A stretch of DNA of 64,000 nt, taken from contig CAVPLU010000010.1 of the NCBI GenBank assembly GCA_963706285.1, positions 32,001 through 96,000 on the forward strand, given 5' to 3'. Within the stretch, counting starts at the first letter, position 1; each line of letters begins with the position of its first letter. This DNA comes from Candidatus Bathyarchaeota archaeon. GTDB lineage: Archaea; Thermoproteota; Bathyarchaeia; 40CM-2-53-6. Positions 1 to 11,155 of the stretch are shown in pieces. Made by a program: the position numbers and the translations under genes. The notes below the pieces were generated by a model. That model was not told where the DNA came from, searched no databases, and saw nothing but the letters and a program-made list of their open reading frames with translations.

Positions 1-2
1 AA

Positions 3-407
3 CGCGCGTTCTTCAAATTCCTTGGCAAGTACGGCGGAGCGGACGAAGTGTTCGCAGACTACGGATTCTTCACACACCTTTGGAGAATAGTACGTTTCCT
101 TCGTGTCATAGGGGACGCACGCATCAACTCGGGCAAGCAGGGTCTAATGGATTTCATTGACTGGGCGAATCAAGAAACCGGATTGAGCAAGAGTCTCATC
201 TATCATCAAGTATTCCCGGCTCACCAAGGCAACGGCCCAGGATACGCATCAACATACGCAATACTAGGTCAAAGCATTGCGAACATCCAGCAGGAAGCCT
301 TGGGAAACGGAAAGAATCTCTTGGACTTCAACACCTATGCCTGTTCGCTCGGATTTCCGCCACGTTCTGTCTTCGAGCAGAAGCTCAGAGACTATGCTAG
401 CAGTTAG
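3..407 (+). CDS. DUF885-like protein, C-terminal part (truncated by window edge)
   Basis: LWRIVRFLRVIGD...GPGYASTY...LLDFNTYACSLGFPP resembles the DUF885 C-terminus; frame is open to the window start. Confidence 0.5.
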   Translation, partial: RAFFKFLGKYGGADEVFADYGFFTHLWRIVRFLRVIGDARINSGKQGLMDFIDWANQETGLSKSLIYHQVFPAHQGNGPGYASTYAILGQSIANIQQEALGNGKNLLDFNTYACSLGFPPRSVFEQKLRDYASS

Positions 408-416
408 CTCAGGCTG

Positions 417-1679
417 TTAGCTTTCTCTAACTGCCGGCCTCAATGTTAGAATACAGCCTATGTAGAGAAGCGCAGTTATCACGAAAGTGACTGCATAGCC
501 GAAACTGTACGAAAGATAGCCCGACATGATTGCGCCTGCGAATGCGGCAGTGCCGGTCAAGGCGCTGTAGATTCCCAGAAGTTCGCCTTGTTTGCCTTGA
601 GGTAGAGTGCGGAAGAGGATAACTGATGACGACGTGTTGAAGAAGGCGAATGCAGTTCCAATCATAGCAATTGACGCAATACTCGCAATCATAAGCGTGG
701 AATTGTGAAGTGTCAGTAGGACCGTTACGAAAGCCGCAAGAATACCTATTGTGCGGAGCCACAGAGCCGAGACCGCTACGCGATCTTCTCCGAAACGGGC
801 GCAAGCACGACCAGTGATTGGGTAGATCGCGGCCTGAAGGATGTAAAGTGCTGTGAAGATGATAAACACTCCAGTGTCATCCATCTCACGACTCTTCAAG
901 AACGGCGTGTACGAAGTAAAGAAGAGATTGCTTGCAGTGAAAAAGAGAAAGAACGACATGTACAGCAGCGGCAGGTGTCTTGTGAACACGCTCCGCATCA
1001 TTTTTCCGAACGCCTTGATATCCTCCAACCTAGGAATTGTGATGAAGATCATGGTGACAGTTCTGAGTTTCGTCACGAAACTTTCCTGTGTCAAAGCGAC
1101 AACTTTTCGTTCAAACGGAAAATCGGGTTCTGCAAGGTATTTTGCAGCAAGGACTACCGAGACACCGGAAAAGATGGCACAGAGAAGGAAGTACGCTCCG
1201 AGTGGCAAATAGTCTGTCCAGAAGATGCCAGGAATTGTCCCAAGAGCTGTTCCTAGCAGGGTCAGGGCCGAATATCTTGCGAATATCATCGAGAGTTTCT
1301 TCTTCGGCGCAGACTCGATCAAGAGAATGCTGACGGCTGGGCTCGATGCGGTGGAGATGCCAGCATAGCACACGTAGAGTAGCAGCAGTGCGCCGACATT
1401 TCTTAGGAAGAACCCTATGACTAGCAGAACCGTGATTCCCAAGTAGCCGTAGATCACGAAGGGTTTACGCTTCTCTTTCCTATCAAGCACCATCCCCCAT
1501 AGGATCGACGACGGGATCAAGGCTAGACTGTAGGCGGAAACTACGTTGCCGACATCTATGACAGTTCCACCTATGTCGAGAATGTACAGGGGAAGAAGCG
1601 TACTGAATCCGCCTATAGCTGCGTTTATCGGAACGAAGATCCACAACCATTTCTGGCTGCTCTTTTTTGGAGATGTCAA
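417..1679 (-). CDS. MFS transporter
   Basis: 420 aa, about 12 hydrophobic helices, MFS loop motif WGMVLDRKEKRK. Confidence 0.85.
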   Translation of the reverse strand: MTSPKKSSQKWLWIFVPINAAIGGFSTLLPLYILDIGGTVIDVGNVVSAYSLALIPSSILWGMVLDRKEKRKPFVIYGYLGITVLLVIGFFLRNVGALLLLYVCYAGISTASSPAVSILLIESAPKKKLSMIFARYSALTLLGTALGTIPGIFWTDYLPLGAYFLLCAIFSGVSVVLAAKYLAEPDFPFERKVVALTQESFVTKLRTVTMIFITIPRLEDIKAFGKMMRSVFTRHLPLLYMSFFLFFTASNLFFTSYTPFLKSREMDDTGVFIIFTALYILQAAIYPITGRACARFGEDRVAVSALWLRTIGILAAFVTVLLTLHNSTLMIASIASIAMIGTAFAFFNTSSSVILFRTLPQGKQGELLGIYSALTGTAAFAGAIMSGYLSYSFGYAVTFVITALLYIGCILTLRPAVRES

Positions 1680-1867
1680 GGACTGTAGCCTTCAAGTGAC
1701 TTGCAGCATGTGAATAGTGATGACTGCTGTAGTTGCATTACGAAATGAGGAAGGTTCATTTGAAGTTTGACCACACAATGTAAGAGTGTGACGAGTTCAC
1801 GAGGTAGTTGTCTTACGCCCATAAACAATGCTGGACGAGGTCTCTCGAGAATTCCCTAACATGGAAG

Positions 1868-2831
1868 ATGACAGAAGGTATGCAGAACAGACGATTCCTG
1901 TACATGATTGCGTTCGTCATGATCATACTTACGGTGGGATCGATTCTTCTTTGGCAGCCAAATAGTCTTACTCAGCCTTCGAAGACGAGCACTAGCGAGC
2001 TTTTGAAGACGAGCACTAACCAGCTTTCGAAGACGACTTTTGATAGCAAACGAGCCTACCAAGATGTCCTCGCACAAGTGGAATTAGGGCCACGCATTAC
2101 TGGCACCGAAGGAAACCTGGAAGTGTGCTGAATACATCGCCGAACAACTCAGACAGGCCGGCTGGTCCGTTGAGTTCCAGAACTTCACATATCGAGGTAC
2201 TCAGGTCAGAAACGTGATAGGTCGCGCGAATGTTGGAAAAGGTTCCATTATCATTTTAGGCGCACATTATGACACCAGACGTTGGGCCGACCAAGACCCA
2301 GCTCACCCACGTGACCCGGTACCAGGCGCGAACGACGGTGCATCCGGCGTGGCAGTCCTGCTCGAACTAGCACGAGTCATCAATGTGGACAAAGTCCACC
2401 ACGAGATCTGGCTGGCCTTCTTCGATGCCGAAGATGATGGTCAAATCGACGGCTGGGATTGGATCGTAGGATCGACCTACATGGCCAATAACTTGTCAGT
2501 TCAGCCTCAAGCCATGATTCTCGTCGATATGGTTGGGGACACTGTGCAGAACTTCTATTTTGATGGCAATTCGGATCCCTCACTTTCACAAAAGGTGTGG
2601 GCGATTGCAGCACAACTCGGATATGGCGACTATTTCATCCCTCAAGTGAAATACTCGGTGATTGATGATCACACTCCCTTCGTACAACGCGGGATCCCGT
2701 CTATCGACATCATAGACTTTGACTACCCATACTGGCACACAATCGCTGACACCGCTGACAAGGTGAGTCCAGTTAGCCTAGAGCGCGTAGGCCAAACGTT
2801 GCAGGTCTTCTTGGAAACCATGGATGAGTAA
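1868..2831 (+). CDS. M28 family peptidase / glutaminyl cyclase-like, membrane anchored (frameshift near 2125)
   Basis: N-terminal TM and LGPRITGT in ORF 1808-2131; GAHYDTR, GANDGASG, FFDAED, LVDMVG, DDH and YWHT in ORF 2214-2831. Confidence 0.85.
1978..2037 (+). repeat. 2.5 copies of a 24-bp tandem repeat (SKTSTxxL linker)
   Basis: ttcgaagacgagcactagcgagct / tttgaagacgagcactaaccagct / ttcgaagacgac. Confidence 0.8.
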
Positions 2832-2876
2832 GCTGAAAGCGAATGCCATGAACAGCGGGGGCATACATGGAAACAT

Positions 2877-4151
2877 TCAGTCACGAGATCGGATCTTGGT
2901 CCAAAGTATGGAAGCGCCCGCTATTGCTAGTGGGAATAGGACATACTCGCGCACAAACACGAAAACGATAAGCGAGACTATGAGGGTTACATAAGGGAAC
3001 GCTCGTCCCAATCCTCGCAACTTCAACAGTTTAACCGCCGATCCTGCGCCCAAAATGTAGAGCGCAATGAAGCCAGCACCTGAAACCAGAAAAAGCTGAT
3101 CAAGCTGAGCATTCAGCACCGCAATCAAGAGCAGAGTCATCGCCGTACCGGCGAAAAGAAACAGAAGAGCCCTCGCGGGCGCAGCAAATTTGTTCAGTCT
3201 AGACAGTGAGAATGGCATGCCCTTATCGCGGGCCAACGCGTAGACGAGACGTGATACACCAATACTGTAGGCGTTCAAAGTGCCAAAGCACAGTGCTAAT
3301 GCCAAAAGCAAAGTCACAGCGACCGCACTAACGCCAACGAACTTCGAGAACATCAGGACGACAGGCGCGTAGAGGCTCTCCTGAAGATACATTGACGTTC
3401 CGATAACTGCGAACGACGTCAGAACATATAGCAGGCTCGTGATAGCCGCGCTAATAGCGATGCTCAGCTGGAAATCACGTTTAGGATTCTTGAACTCCTC
3501 AGCCATCTGCGGAACATTTTCATAACCCTGAAAGGACCAGAATATTATCACCGCAACTACGCCAACCGCGTACCAACCTTTCGGAGCAAAGGGCACGAAA
3601 TTGCTCTGCTGAATGTGCGGAATTGATAGCGCCACGGCAGCAAACAGCGCTACTATGACGGCTCCAAGAATGACGGATTCGGTCCGGCTGCCTATTCTGA
3701 TTCCTAAAATGTTGACCAGGATTGTTAGGGACATGAAGAAAAACGCGATCGGATACAGCAGGTTAGTTGATAGATTCAGTGATGTTATGATATACGACGA
3801 CGCTATGATCCCGACTATTGGCGCCCCAACAAAGAACGAGAAAACGAAGAGCCATCCTGCAACAGTACCAGCAGTCTGGCCAAACGCGCGTTTCACAAAA
3901 GCTGATAGCCCTCCAGCCTCTGGATAATTGGCAGCGAGAGCGCCGAAAGTATAGCCGATTGGATAGCTCAGCAACGAAAGCAGAACCCACGCCACCAATG
4001 AGGCAGGACCGGCTATGTTTGCCGCTATTGCCGGCGTAACAAGAATTCCGCCACCCAGAACGGAGCCAACGTACATGAAAATACCCTCTCGCAACCTGAT
4101 GCTCTTCCTGAGAGTACGAGGCTCCGAAACCAACGCTACCACGAATTTCAT
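2877..4151 (-). CDS. APC family amino acid permease (YjeH-like)
   Basis: GSVLGGGIL, PEAGG and FWSFQGYE..AEE motifs, multiple TMs. Confidence 0.85.
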   Translation of the reverse strand: MKFVVALVSEPRTLRKSIRLREGIFMYVGSVLGGGILVTPAIAANIAGPASLVAWVLLSLLSYPIGYTFGALAANYPEAGGLSAFVKRAFGQTAGTVAGWLFVFSFFVGAPIVGIIASSYIITSLNLSTNLLYPIAFFFMSLTILVNILGIRIGSRTESVILGAVIVALFAAVALSIPHIQQSNFVPFAPKGWYAVGVVAVIIFWSFQGYENVPQMAEEFKNPKRDFQLSIAISAAITSLLYVLTSFAVIGTSMYLQESLYAPVVLMFSKFVGVSAVAVTLLLALALCFGTLNAYSIGVSRLVYALARDKGMPFSLSRLNKFAAPARALLFLFAGTAMTLLLIAVLNAQLDQLFLVSGAGFIALYILGAGSAVKLLKLRGLGRAFPYVTLIVSLIVFVFVREYVLFPLAIAGASILWTKIRSRD

Positions 4152-4331
4152 TCCGCATCACAGTTCCTGCAGTTAAGAAGATTGCGAGCCCTGCAGGATC
4201 AGATGATGCCTCACATACAGCTGATAATCACATGGTTGCGGACCAGCCCACCGAGTCGAGCTTGTGACTTGGAGACGCGCTTATTACGCTAAGCAATCTA
4301 CATTTCTAAATGGAACACGAGGAAAGAGCGT

Positions 4332-4907
4332 ATGCTCCAACAGCAATTGCAGACACGCCCTCTGTCTCAAAGTAGAGAGATTGCCACACTCGCCGGCGGA
4401 TGCTTCTGGTGTCTGGAAGCAGTATACGACGAACTCAAAGGAGTTGAAGACGTGGTTTCAGGCTACGCCGGAGGCAGAATGCCGAATCCATCCTACGAAA
4501 TGGTCTGCACAGGAACGACCGGCCACGCTGAGGTTGTACAGATCACTTTCGATCCAGAGATCATATCATTCAAAGAAATTCTCGAAGTATTCTTCACAAT
4601 CCATGATCCGACAACACTGAATCGTCAAGGCTCCGACGTAGGAACACAATACCGCTCCGCCATATTCTACCACACTCCAGAACAGAAAGTGACTGCTGAG
4701 CAAGTGATCGCGGAACTTAACTCGGAGCACATCTGGGACGGCCCAATCATCACCGAGTTGAAGCCGTTCGAGGAATTCTATCCCGCAGAAGCCCACCATC
4801 AAGAGTACTTCAAGAAGAATCCCAATCAGTCATATTGTCGCGTCGTGATCGCGCCGAAAGTCACCAAGTTCCGCAAACAGTTTCTGGACAAACTAAGAAA
4901 GACATGA
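4332..4907 (+). CDS. msrA: peptide-methionine (S)-S-oxide reductase
   Basis: GGCFWC, SGYAGG, GTQYRS and AEAHHQEY motifs. Confidence 0.95.
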   Translation: MLQQQLQTRPLSQSREIATLAGGCFWCLEAVYDELKGVEDVVSGYAGGRMPNPSYEMVCTGTTGHAEVVQITFDPEIISFKEILEVFFTIHDPTTLNRQGSDVGTQYRSAIFYHTPEQKVTAEQVIAELNSEHIWDGPIITELKPFEEFYPAEAHHQEYFKKNPNQSYCRVVIAPKVTKFRKQFLDKLRKT

Positions 4908-5027
4908 TCAAAAGTTGCCAGCCTGCCCTAGGAAGTCAGACTTTCGCCGGGGGCACCCTCTCAAGAAGAGGGCTCAGCACGATAGCTTCCTGTTCAGGCA
5001 GATTTGCCTAAGAATTCAACAGCGCAT

Positions 5028-5858
5028 TCATAATCGCGTGGGCTTTCCCGGATTGCCACGGGACATGTAGAAGTCGACAAACCCTGTCTTCATCAGGAAA
5101 GGTGCCAGGAGTATCAGGAGCGCCACGATGCCGACCGTTATGATTGAAGAAGCGAAGATCGGAGACATCGCGCTTCGATTGAGGGCAATTCCTATCGAGG
5201 CCCAGATTACGACAAGTCCGAAGGCGAAGTCTCTACGAGTCAATACCATGAAGCTACTGATCAATAGAGCGATTACAATTACCATGCCCGTCCAGAGCGC
5301 TTGTGTCGGCTCTGGGATACCGGGGAATAGAACGTTCAACACTGATGCTATGTTGGCAATGATGGCAAGCGAGATCCATCCGAGATAGACGCTGATCGAT
5401 AGATGCACAGCTAGCTTGATGTTTCGAGGCGCTTCCCTCCTTCCAATACCCAAGCGCTGGTAGATCGAAAGCAAGCAGAGGAGGAGGACCGCGATCGGCA
5501 CTAATGAAAAAACGAAGAGCTGCGGCAAACCGTACGAGTAGTGGAAGACGAGTAGCCAAGATATGTTAGCGACAGCACCAAAAAGGTACAGGAAACCTAT
5601 CTGCGCCAGGTAGCTTTCCTTACGTTGGCTGGGCCTGACCTGATAGACCATGAAGACGATTCCCAGAACGTAGATGACCCCCCAGATGGAGAATACGTAT
5701 CCTGGAGGCGTGAACAGGTTAGGATACGAGTCGGAGACCTGACCTGTTGTCACTCCATTGAATGGAAGAACGTTAGCTAACATATTCACTACAAGCGCAG
5801 AGGCAACCGCAGCCACATTCGCCATTTGATAGGTTAGCGAATTGGCACTCGTTGCCAT
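5028..5858 (-). CDS. TspO/MBR-related tryptophan-rich membrane protein
   Basis: VSDSYPNLFTPPGYVFSIWGVIY and SVYLGWISLA motifs; start placed at MATSANS, not the ORF-track start at 6344. Confidence 0.75.
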   Translation of the reverse strand: MATSANSLTYQMANVAAVASALVVNMLANVLPFNGVTTGQVSDSYPNLFTPPGYVFSIWGVIYVLGIVFMVYQVRPSQRKESYLAQIGFLYLFGAVANISWLLVFHYSYGLPQLFVFSLVPIAVLLLCLLSIYQRLGIGRREAPRNIKLAVHLSISVYLGWISLAIIANIASVLNVLFPGIPEPTQALWTGMVIVIALLISSFMVLTRRDFAFGLVVIWASIGIALNRSAMSPIFASSIITVGIVALLILLAPFLMKTGFVDFYMSRGNPGKPTRL

Positions 5859-5875
5859 TAGTGCTGACTTCCCTG

Positions 5876-6259
5876 TTACTTGAACTCCTTTTCTTCCCAC
5901 ATGTCGTAGGCAGTGGCTGTGGACGATGCTTGAGCAATCATGGCTAGTGCAACAACTAGATGGAGAACGGTGATCGCCCAATGAATTGTTCCTTCCGTAA
6001 ATACATAGAGGGGAATGCCGATGACCCCATTCAACCCCGCCATGGCTGGAATGGCTTTTGATATTCGCTTCACACGGTTCGGCGCAGAGGTCTTCATAAT
6101 TTCGCGATAGTTCATGATTGCCAAGACTAGAACTGCAAGCCCGACCACGGAATGAAGGTATAGGACACCGAATATTTCCGAAAATGCAGTTACAAAGAAC
6201 TGAATGAAAGCAAGCCAGATCAGAAGGTAAAGACGCGCCCACAACTTCAACGCGTTCAC
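5876..6259 (-). CDS. hypothetical 4-TM membrane protein
   Basis: 127 aa, four hydrophobic segments with intramembrane His, co-oriented with the downstream gene. Confidence 0.65.
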   Translation of the reverse strand: MNALKLWARLYLLIWLAFIQFFVTAFSEIFGVLYLHSVVGLAVLVLAIMNYREIMKTSAPNRVKRISKAIPAMAGLNGVIGIPLYVFTEGTIHWAITVLHLVVALAMIAQASSTATAYDMWEEKEFK

Positions 6260-6525
6260 CAGATGACGAGTCTACCTGTGACACCATAAGGCTTTGCATA
6301 CGGTGACGTGGTGGTCGGTCAATTCGCGTCCTAGTGGTCGTCAATAGGTTCTGACCTTCCTCGATCTGTATTGTTGGATCTGAGTGTGCACACGCAAGAC
6401 TGACGAAACCAAGGGACGACGGTGCATGACAACCCAGGGAGATATCCTAGCCTATTCTTGTCAGGATGGGGATTTGCGTCAGTCTTATTTCCATCCTATC
6501 CACGAGCGTTACTGGTGTGATTGTG

Positions 6526-7044
6526 TTGCCTTTCTGCCCGAAATGCGGCGCGGAATTACCTGCTGATGCAACATTCTGTATGAAATGCGGTAGACAGATG
6601 ACTGCTACGTCAGCAGTCGAAGAGCGAAGATATTCGAGAAGAGAGAAACGCGAGAAAGATGAGAAGCAAGAGAAGGACGAGAAGCGCGAGAAGGATGAGA
6701 AGTCAGGCGACAGGACTGGAGTCTTTGTTGGCGGTCTTATCCTGATATGGTTCGGTATCTCGTTCTATCTTGTGCAGGCACAATACATTGGCTGGAATGA
6801 ATGGTGGCCATATCTGCTCGCAGGAATCGGAGTGATTCTAATCGCTCAAGCAGCCGTGCGATACTCAACTGTGCATCGCAAAGGCCCGGTGATGGGCCCC
6901 TTGATCGGAGGCTTAGTTTTGCTGATGATCGGTCTCGCAAGCATAATGGGGATGAAGGATTGGTGGCCGTTTGTTCTAATCGCGATAGGCATAGTGGTGA
7001 TAATCGGCGGCGCGACAGCAAGAGCGCGGACGCCAAGAGCCTAA
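6526..7044 (+). CDS. zinc-ribbon protein with EK-rich linker and LiaF-like TM region
   Basis: FCPKCG..FCMKCG, EKREKDEK repeats, four TMs with WWP motifs. Confidence 0.8.
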   Translation: MPFCPKCGAELPADATFCMKCGRQMTATSAVEERRYSRREKREKDEKQEKDEKREKDEKSGDRTGVFVGGLILIWFGISFYLVQAQYIGWNEWWPYLLAGIGVILIAQAAVRYSTVHRKGPVMGPLIGGLVLLMIGLASIMGMKDWWPFVLIAIGIVVIIGGATARARTPRA

Positions 7045-8177
7045 ATGAACCATCGCGTGATTGCCCGATACAACACGTGCTCAGCGGTCGTGCGGAATCT
7101 AGCACGACCGAAGATCCTGAAGTACTGACCGCCCAAGCATTCAACCATATCGCCTATGTCGTACCTCGGCAACAGACAGGATGAAATGAGGAGTCTTCCC
7201 CACTCACCTCTTCTCATCTCATACAGCATCTTGACGCCATCTCCAGTGATTACTTCAAAGAAGTATGCGTCATAGTTGGGCGAAACGTAAGGCAGATCGT
7301 CTAGTTGCTGAGCGAAGACTCCCTCTGTTGCTGTGTACATCTCCACGACAGGCGCTTGACCATAGAAATACTGTAGAACAGGAGCATACTTCCAGTGTAT
7401 CTTCGGAACACTGGTGCAAAAGAACGCGCCGATCTTCCAGAACTCCTTAGGAAGCTTGTGGTGTTTGCGTTTCACATACCTGGCGAATGAGGTGATGATT
7501 GGCGCGACACCCATGCAGACTCTAACATCTTCGTCTTTGGCGAGCTGGTAAGCTAGCTCGAACCTTTCCTCCCAGGCCTTCTTCGTGACGCTGCTGCCAA
7601 GTGCGTCAATTTTCTCTTGAGGAGGAACAAGATTCGTTCCTGCAAAAGCTGGATTCAATCTTGCGTAGGTTCCCGAACTGAAGCCACATGTTTCAGCTCC
7701 GCTGGTGGCTGGCATCGATCGCGTGCGCGAAGGGAAGTTAAGGTTGAGGACTTTGCCCTGGAGAATATCGAATCTCCCAGTTCTAAGAACATGGTTTACT
7801 ATTGCACGTGCTCCGCAAGAGAGAATCTGATTCAGATGCTTGCTCGTGACGGGAAGGATTTTCGGTAGATCGGTGGTTCCTCTTGTCATAACCCAGGCTG
7901 CCGGTGGTTCAGGCAGCAACGCTTTGAAATCGCCTTCAGTCACTTTGGCTATGATAGGTTGGAAGTCAACATAGCTACTCGGCTGGAACACGCTCCGATA
8001 TTCATCAATAGAAAGAGAAGAGGCGACTTTGAGATTCTTACCATACTCGGTACTGCTGTAGTCCTTGAGAAGACTCTGCAGCGTTCTCTGTTGAGCTTCA
8101 GCTGGGTCGCGTAGTGAGTCATGCCATGGCTTCACTACGGCTTTCAGAGATTCTACCGCTGAAATATTCAGAGACAT
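7041..8177 (-). CDS. GH3 acyl-acid amido synthetase family protein
   Basis: TRGTT..PKILP, EMYTATEG and LPRYDIGDMV motifs. Confidence 0.8.
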   Translation of the reverse strand: MSLNISAVESLKAVVKPWHDSLRDPAEAQQRTLQSLLKDYSSTEYGKNLKVASSLSIDEYRSVFQPSSYVDFQPIIAKVTEGDFKALLPEPPAAWVMTRGTTDLPKILPVTSKHLNQILSCGARAIVNHVLRTGRFDILQGKVLNLNFPSRTRSMPATSGAETCGFSSGTYARLNPAFAGTNLVPPQEKIDALGSSVTKKAWEERFELAYQLAKDEDVRVCMGVAPIITSFARYVKRKHHKLPKEFWKIGAFFCTSVPKIHWKYAPVLQYFYGQAPVVEMYTATEGVFAQQLDDLPYVSPNYDAYFFEVITGDGVKMLYEMRRGEWGRLLISSCLLPRYDIGDMVECLGGQYFRIFGRARFRTTAEHVLYRAITRWFI

Positions 8178-8708
8178 CCAAGATCATCCGAAGGTTGGTC
8201 CCCAAGGGTTAACTTGGTTCTTCTTAACTCTTGATCACTTACAAACCAACCATCTTGCGCGTGACCGTCGTTCAATCTATCTCAGATGTGGTTTGGTCAG
8301 TAACATTAGTGACTGACTGAAGCTATATCGAGAATTCGATGACTCCTGAACGCGCAGCAATGAACTGTAGAACATCACTCGTGCCCAATGCCTGGATTCG
8401 AGAATATGACCTGTCTTGGTGCAGCACTGTAACGGGTTTCATGCGAAGACTAAGAACCTCACACCTTAACTATGAGCCAGAGAATAGGAAAATTGGAGAA
8501 TGGAGACGACTTCATGGAAGAGTACTATAGAAACAGCGAAGGCCACTACCAACCTAAGAAAACCACCAAACGAAAAACCAAGAAACTCAACCGGTAATTT
8601 TGTGCCTCTTGGTATCCTGCAATAATTCTGTGCGGGGCTAGTACGCACAAGCGCCAGCAAAACTAAATGGAATCTCTCCCAGCGATGCTTTGATGGAGCT
8701 GCATCAAG

Positions 8709-9368
8709 ATGAGATTCACGCACCTGACCTTCGATTGCTACGGGACACTAATAGACTGGAGAAAGGGAATCGAAATCAATCTCGGCGAACTTCTCCGAAG
8801 GCACGGTCTCAAATCAGGCGTAAGCGTCCATCCTCTCTATCTGAAGTTCGAGGCCGAAGAAGAAGGCCAATACAAGTCTTACAGAGAAGTCCTAAGAAAC
8901 ACAGCAATCAAGGTCGCGGAACATCTCAATCTCTCAATTACACAAAAGGAAGCGGAAATTTTCGCGGCCAGTGTCCCCTCCTGGCCTCCGTTCAGCGACA
9001 CAGTTCGAAGCCTGAAGGAATTGGGAAAGATTGGATACAAGCGAGTCATACTCTCAAATATTGACGAGGAAACATTGAAGGCGACGATTCATCAAAACCG
9101 TTTGGAAGTTGATGGCTACATCACTGCTGAAGATGTTGGGTCGTACAAACCCGCGTTTGGACACTGGAACAGATTCTATGAGGTCTACAAGGTTAGCAAA
9201 GAGCGAACTCTTCACGTGGCCCAGAGCATATATCACGACATCATTCCATGCAGTAAGCTCGCCATCTCTACAGCATGGATCAACAGATATTCTGAAGCGA
9301 CCCCACCGGGAATCAACCCAACATATGTCTTCAGCGATCTCAGGAGTCTATTGACACTTCCAAGTTAG
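8709..9368 (+). CDS. HAD superfamily hydrolase (haloacid dehalogenase type II-like)
   Basis: FDCYGTLIDW, LSN, GSYKP and HVAQSIYHDI motifs. Confidence 0.9.
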   Translation: MRFTHLTFDCYGTLIDWRKGIEINLGELLRRHGLKSGVSVHPLYLKFEAEEEGQYKSYREVLRNTAIKVAEHLNLSITQKEAEIFAASVPSWPPFSDTVRSLKELGKIGYKRVILSNIDEETLKATIHQNRLEVDGYITAEDVGSYKPAFGHWNRFYEVYKVSKERTLHVAQSIYHDIIPCSKLAISTAWINRYSEATPPGINPTYVFSDLRSLLTLPS

Positions 9369-9397
9369 AGTATTCGCGTGCCGCATTCGCACACGAC

Positions 9398-9925
9398 TCA
9401 AGAATGTCCTTTCGGCAGAATCTTCGGTTCTTTCCAATCTTCTTTAAGTATACTGTAGAGAGCCGTGTCTCTCCATACACCACGGCTGAAGAATGACTTG
9501 CGCAGTATGCCCTCCTTACTGAATCCCACTTTTTCTAGCACTCTCGAGGAAGCCTCGTTTTGCGGATGAATCTCGGCCTGAATCCGAACAATGTCTTTGT
9601 TGAGAAACAAGTAATCCACCATAAGCTGAACTGATTCACTACCGTATCCTTTGCCTCTCTCGTCAGGAACAAGCATGTACCCTACTGCAATGCATCCCTT
9701 CACGTTGAAGTGTGCAATGTAACCTATCTTCGTCCCATCCTTTTTCTCAACGAAGAACCATTGTCCTCCTGCCAAGTTGTCGTACTGTCTCTCAAGGTCT
9801 GCCAAAGTCTCCTGAGAAATAGGTTCGAATTCGCCCACGAAATGTAAATCGTTCACCCAACGCTTCAGCACCGGCAGTTCCCCTTTCTCAACAAGATTCA
9901 AGTTCACTTTCCTTCCCTCCAACAA
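9398..9925 (-). CDS. GNAT acetyltransferase, RimJ/RimL family
   Basis: ERGKGYG and NEASSRVLEKVGFSKEG motifs. Confidence 0.85.
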   Translation of the reverse strand: MLEGRKVNLNLVEKGELPVLKRWVNDLHFVGEFEPISQETLADLERQYDNLAGGQWFFVEKKDGTKIGYIAHFNVKGCIAVGYMLVPDERGKGYGSESVQLMVDYLFLNKDIVRIQAEIHPQNEASSRVLEKVGFSKEGILRKSFFSRGVWRDTALYSILKEDWKEPKILPKGHS

Positions 9926-10063
9926 TGGGATTCAATCCTCCTCGGTGCCATACCTGATTCGATCTGTTTTTGCACTTCACCTGCTCACATATAGCTAGTC
10001 CTTCACTCGTGTTCCTGATTCCGCTACGTCGCAAGAGCAGAAATTTCTAGCAATCGATCCTTG

Positions 10064-11155
10064 CTACTTCACGATAGTGACGATATCGCGGTCCTGAACG
10101 ACATGATCCACTCCGACACGCTGAGGGCTGAATCTTACACTCTTTCCGGAAACCAATGCGTACTTCGCTTCGCCCGCGAAGTTCCTATGGATCTTCTGAC
10201 AAACATCGGAAATCGTTGAACCCGCTGTCACTATCAGGGGCTCTTCAAAATCGGCAGGACCGTTCCGTGGCTTGAGGTAGATCTTGATCAATCTCAGCCG
10301 CTGATAGATTGCTACCTTCACCTTGTCCAGGTTGACGTCTCTATCTGCGGAGATTGGAATCAGATCTTCACTCACTCGCTTCTTAGCCTCAGCGACGTAC
10401 TTTGGGCTTACCAGATCAGTCTTATTCAAAACAGTGACCGATGGAATATATCGACGATTTCCGGCGATCAGGTCGATGAGTTGATCGTCGGTGATATCCT
10501 CCCTAATGATCACGCTACCTTGATTGATCTTGTATGTGTTCAATATTCCTCGAATAGTAGATTCGGACAAGTGGGTGAGCTTGCAGGTCGTTGTTATGCC
10601 AAGCCCGCCTTGAGAGGTTCGGTTGATGGTGACATTCGGAGGTCGAGTGTCGAGTCGGATTCCCATTTCGTATAGTTCGTTCTTCAACACGCTGATTTGA
10701 TCGGGTTGAAAAACATCCAGAACCAAGAGTATCAGATCGGCGTTCTTTGCGACGGATAACACTCTCTTGCCTCTGCCGGTGCCGGTTGCTGCTCCTGAGA
10801 TGATGCCGGGAAGGTCAAGGATTTGTATCCTAGCTCCTTGGTACTCAAGTAAGCCGGGAACAACCGTTAGCGTCGTGAAAGCGTATGCGGCGACTTTTGA
10901 TTTGGCGTTTGTTAGCCTGTTTAGGATTGTTGATTTTCCCACACTTGGCAGACCGATCAGTACGGCGGTGCAGTCGCCGCCTTTCTTCAGCTCGAAGCCT
11001 GCTCCGCCTTGTCTAGATCCTTGCGAACGCTCTTGTTCACCCTTCAGTTTTGCAATTTTGGCTTTGAGCAGACCAATATGGTGTTCAGTGTGCTTGTTGA
11101 TCTGTGTTCTTTTCATCTCCTCCTCTATTGCCCGTATCTTCTCTGGTAACCCCAT
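10064..11155 (-). CDS. DRG/Rbg-family OBG GTPase with TGS domain
   Basis: NKHTEHHIGLLKAK, GLPSVGKS, DLPG and NKTD motifs, C-terminal TGS. Confidence 0.92.
   Translation of the reverse strand: MGLPEKIRAIEEEMKRTQINKHTEHHIGLLKAKIAKLKGEQERSQGSRQGGAGFELKKGGDCTAVLIGLPSVGKSTILNRLTNAKSKVAAYAFTTLTVVPGLLEYQGARIQILDLPGIISGAATGTGRGKRVLSVAKNADLILLVLDVFQPDQISVLKNELYEMGIRLDTRPPNVTINRTSQGGLGITTTCKLTHLSESTIRGILNTYKINQGSVIIREDITDDQLIDLIAGNRRYIPSVTVLNKTDLVSPKYVAEAKKRVSEDLIPISADRDVNLDKVKVAIYQRLRLIKIYLKPRNGPADFEEPLIVTAGSTISDVCQKIHRNFAGEAKYALVSGKSVRFSPQRVGVDHVVQDRDIVTIVK

Noticed and set aside
5859-6344. N-terminal extension of the 438-aa ORF
   Set aside because: Overlaps the better 127-aa membrane gene in another frame; the recognisable domain begins at 5858.
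8339-8597. Short ORFs between the GH3 and HAD genes
   Set aside because: No recognisable motif; coding status cannot be supported from sequence alone.
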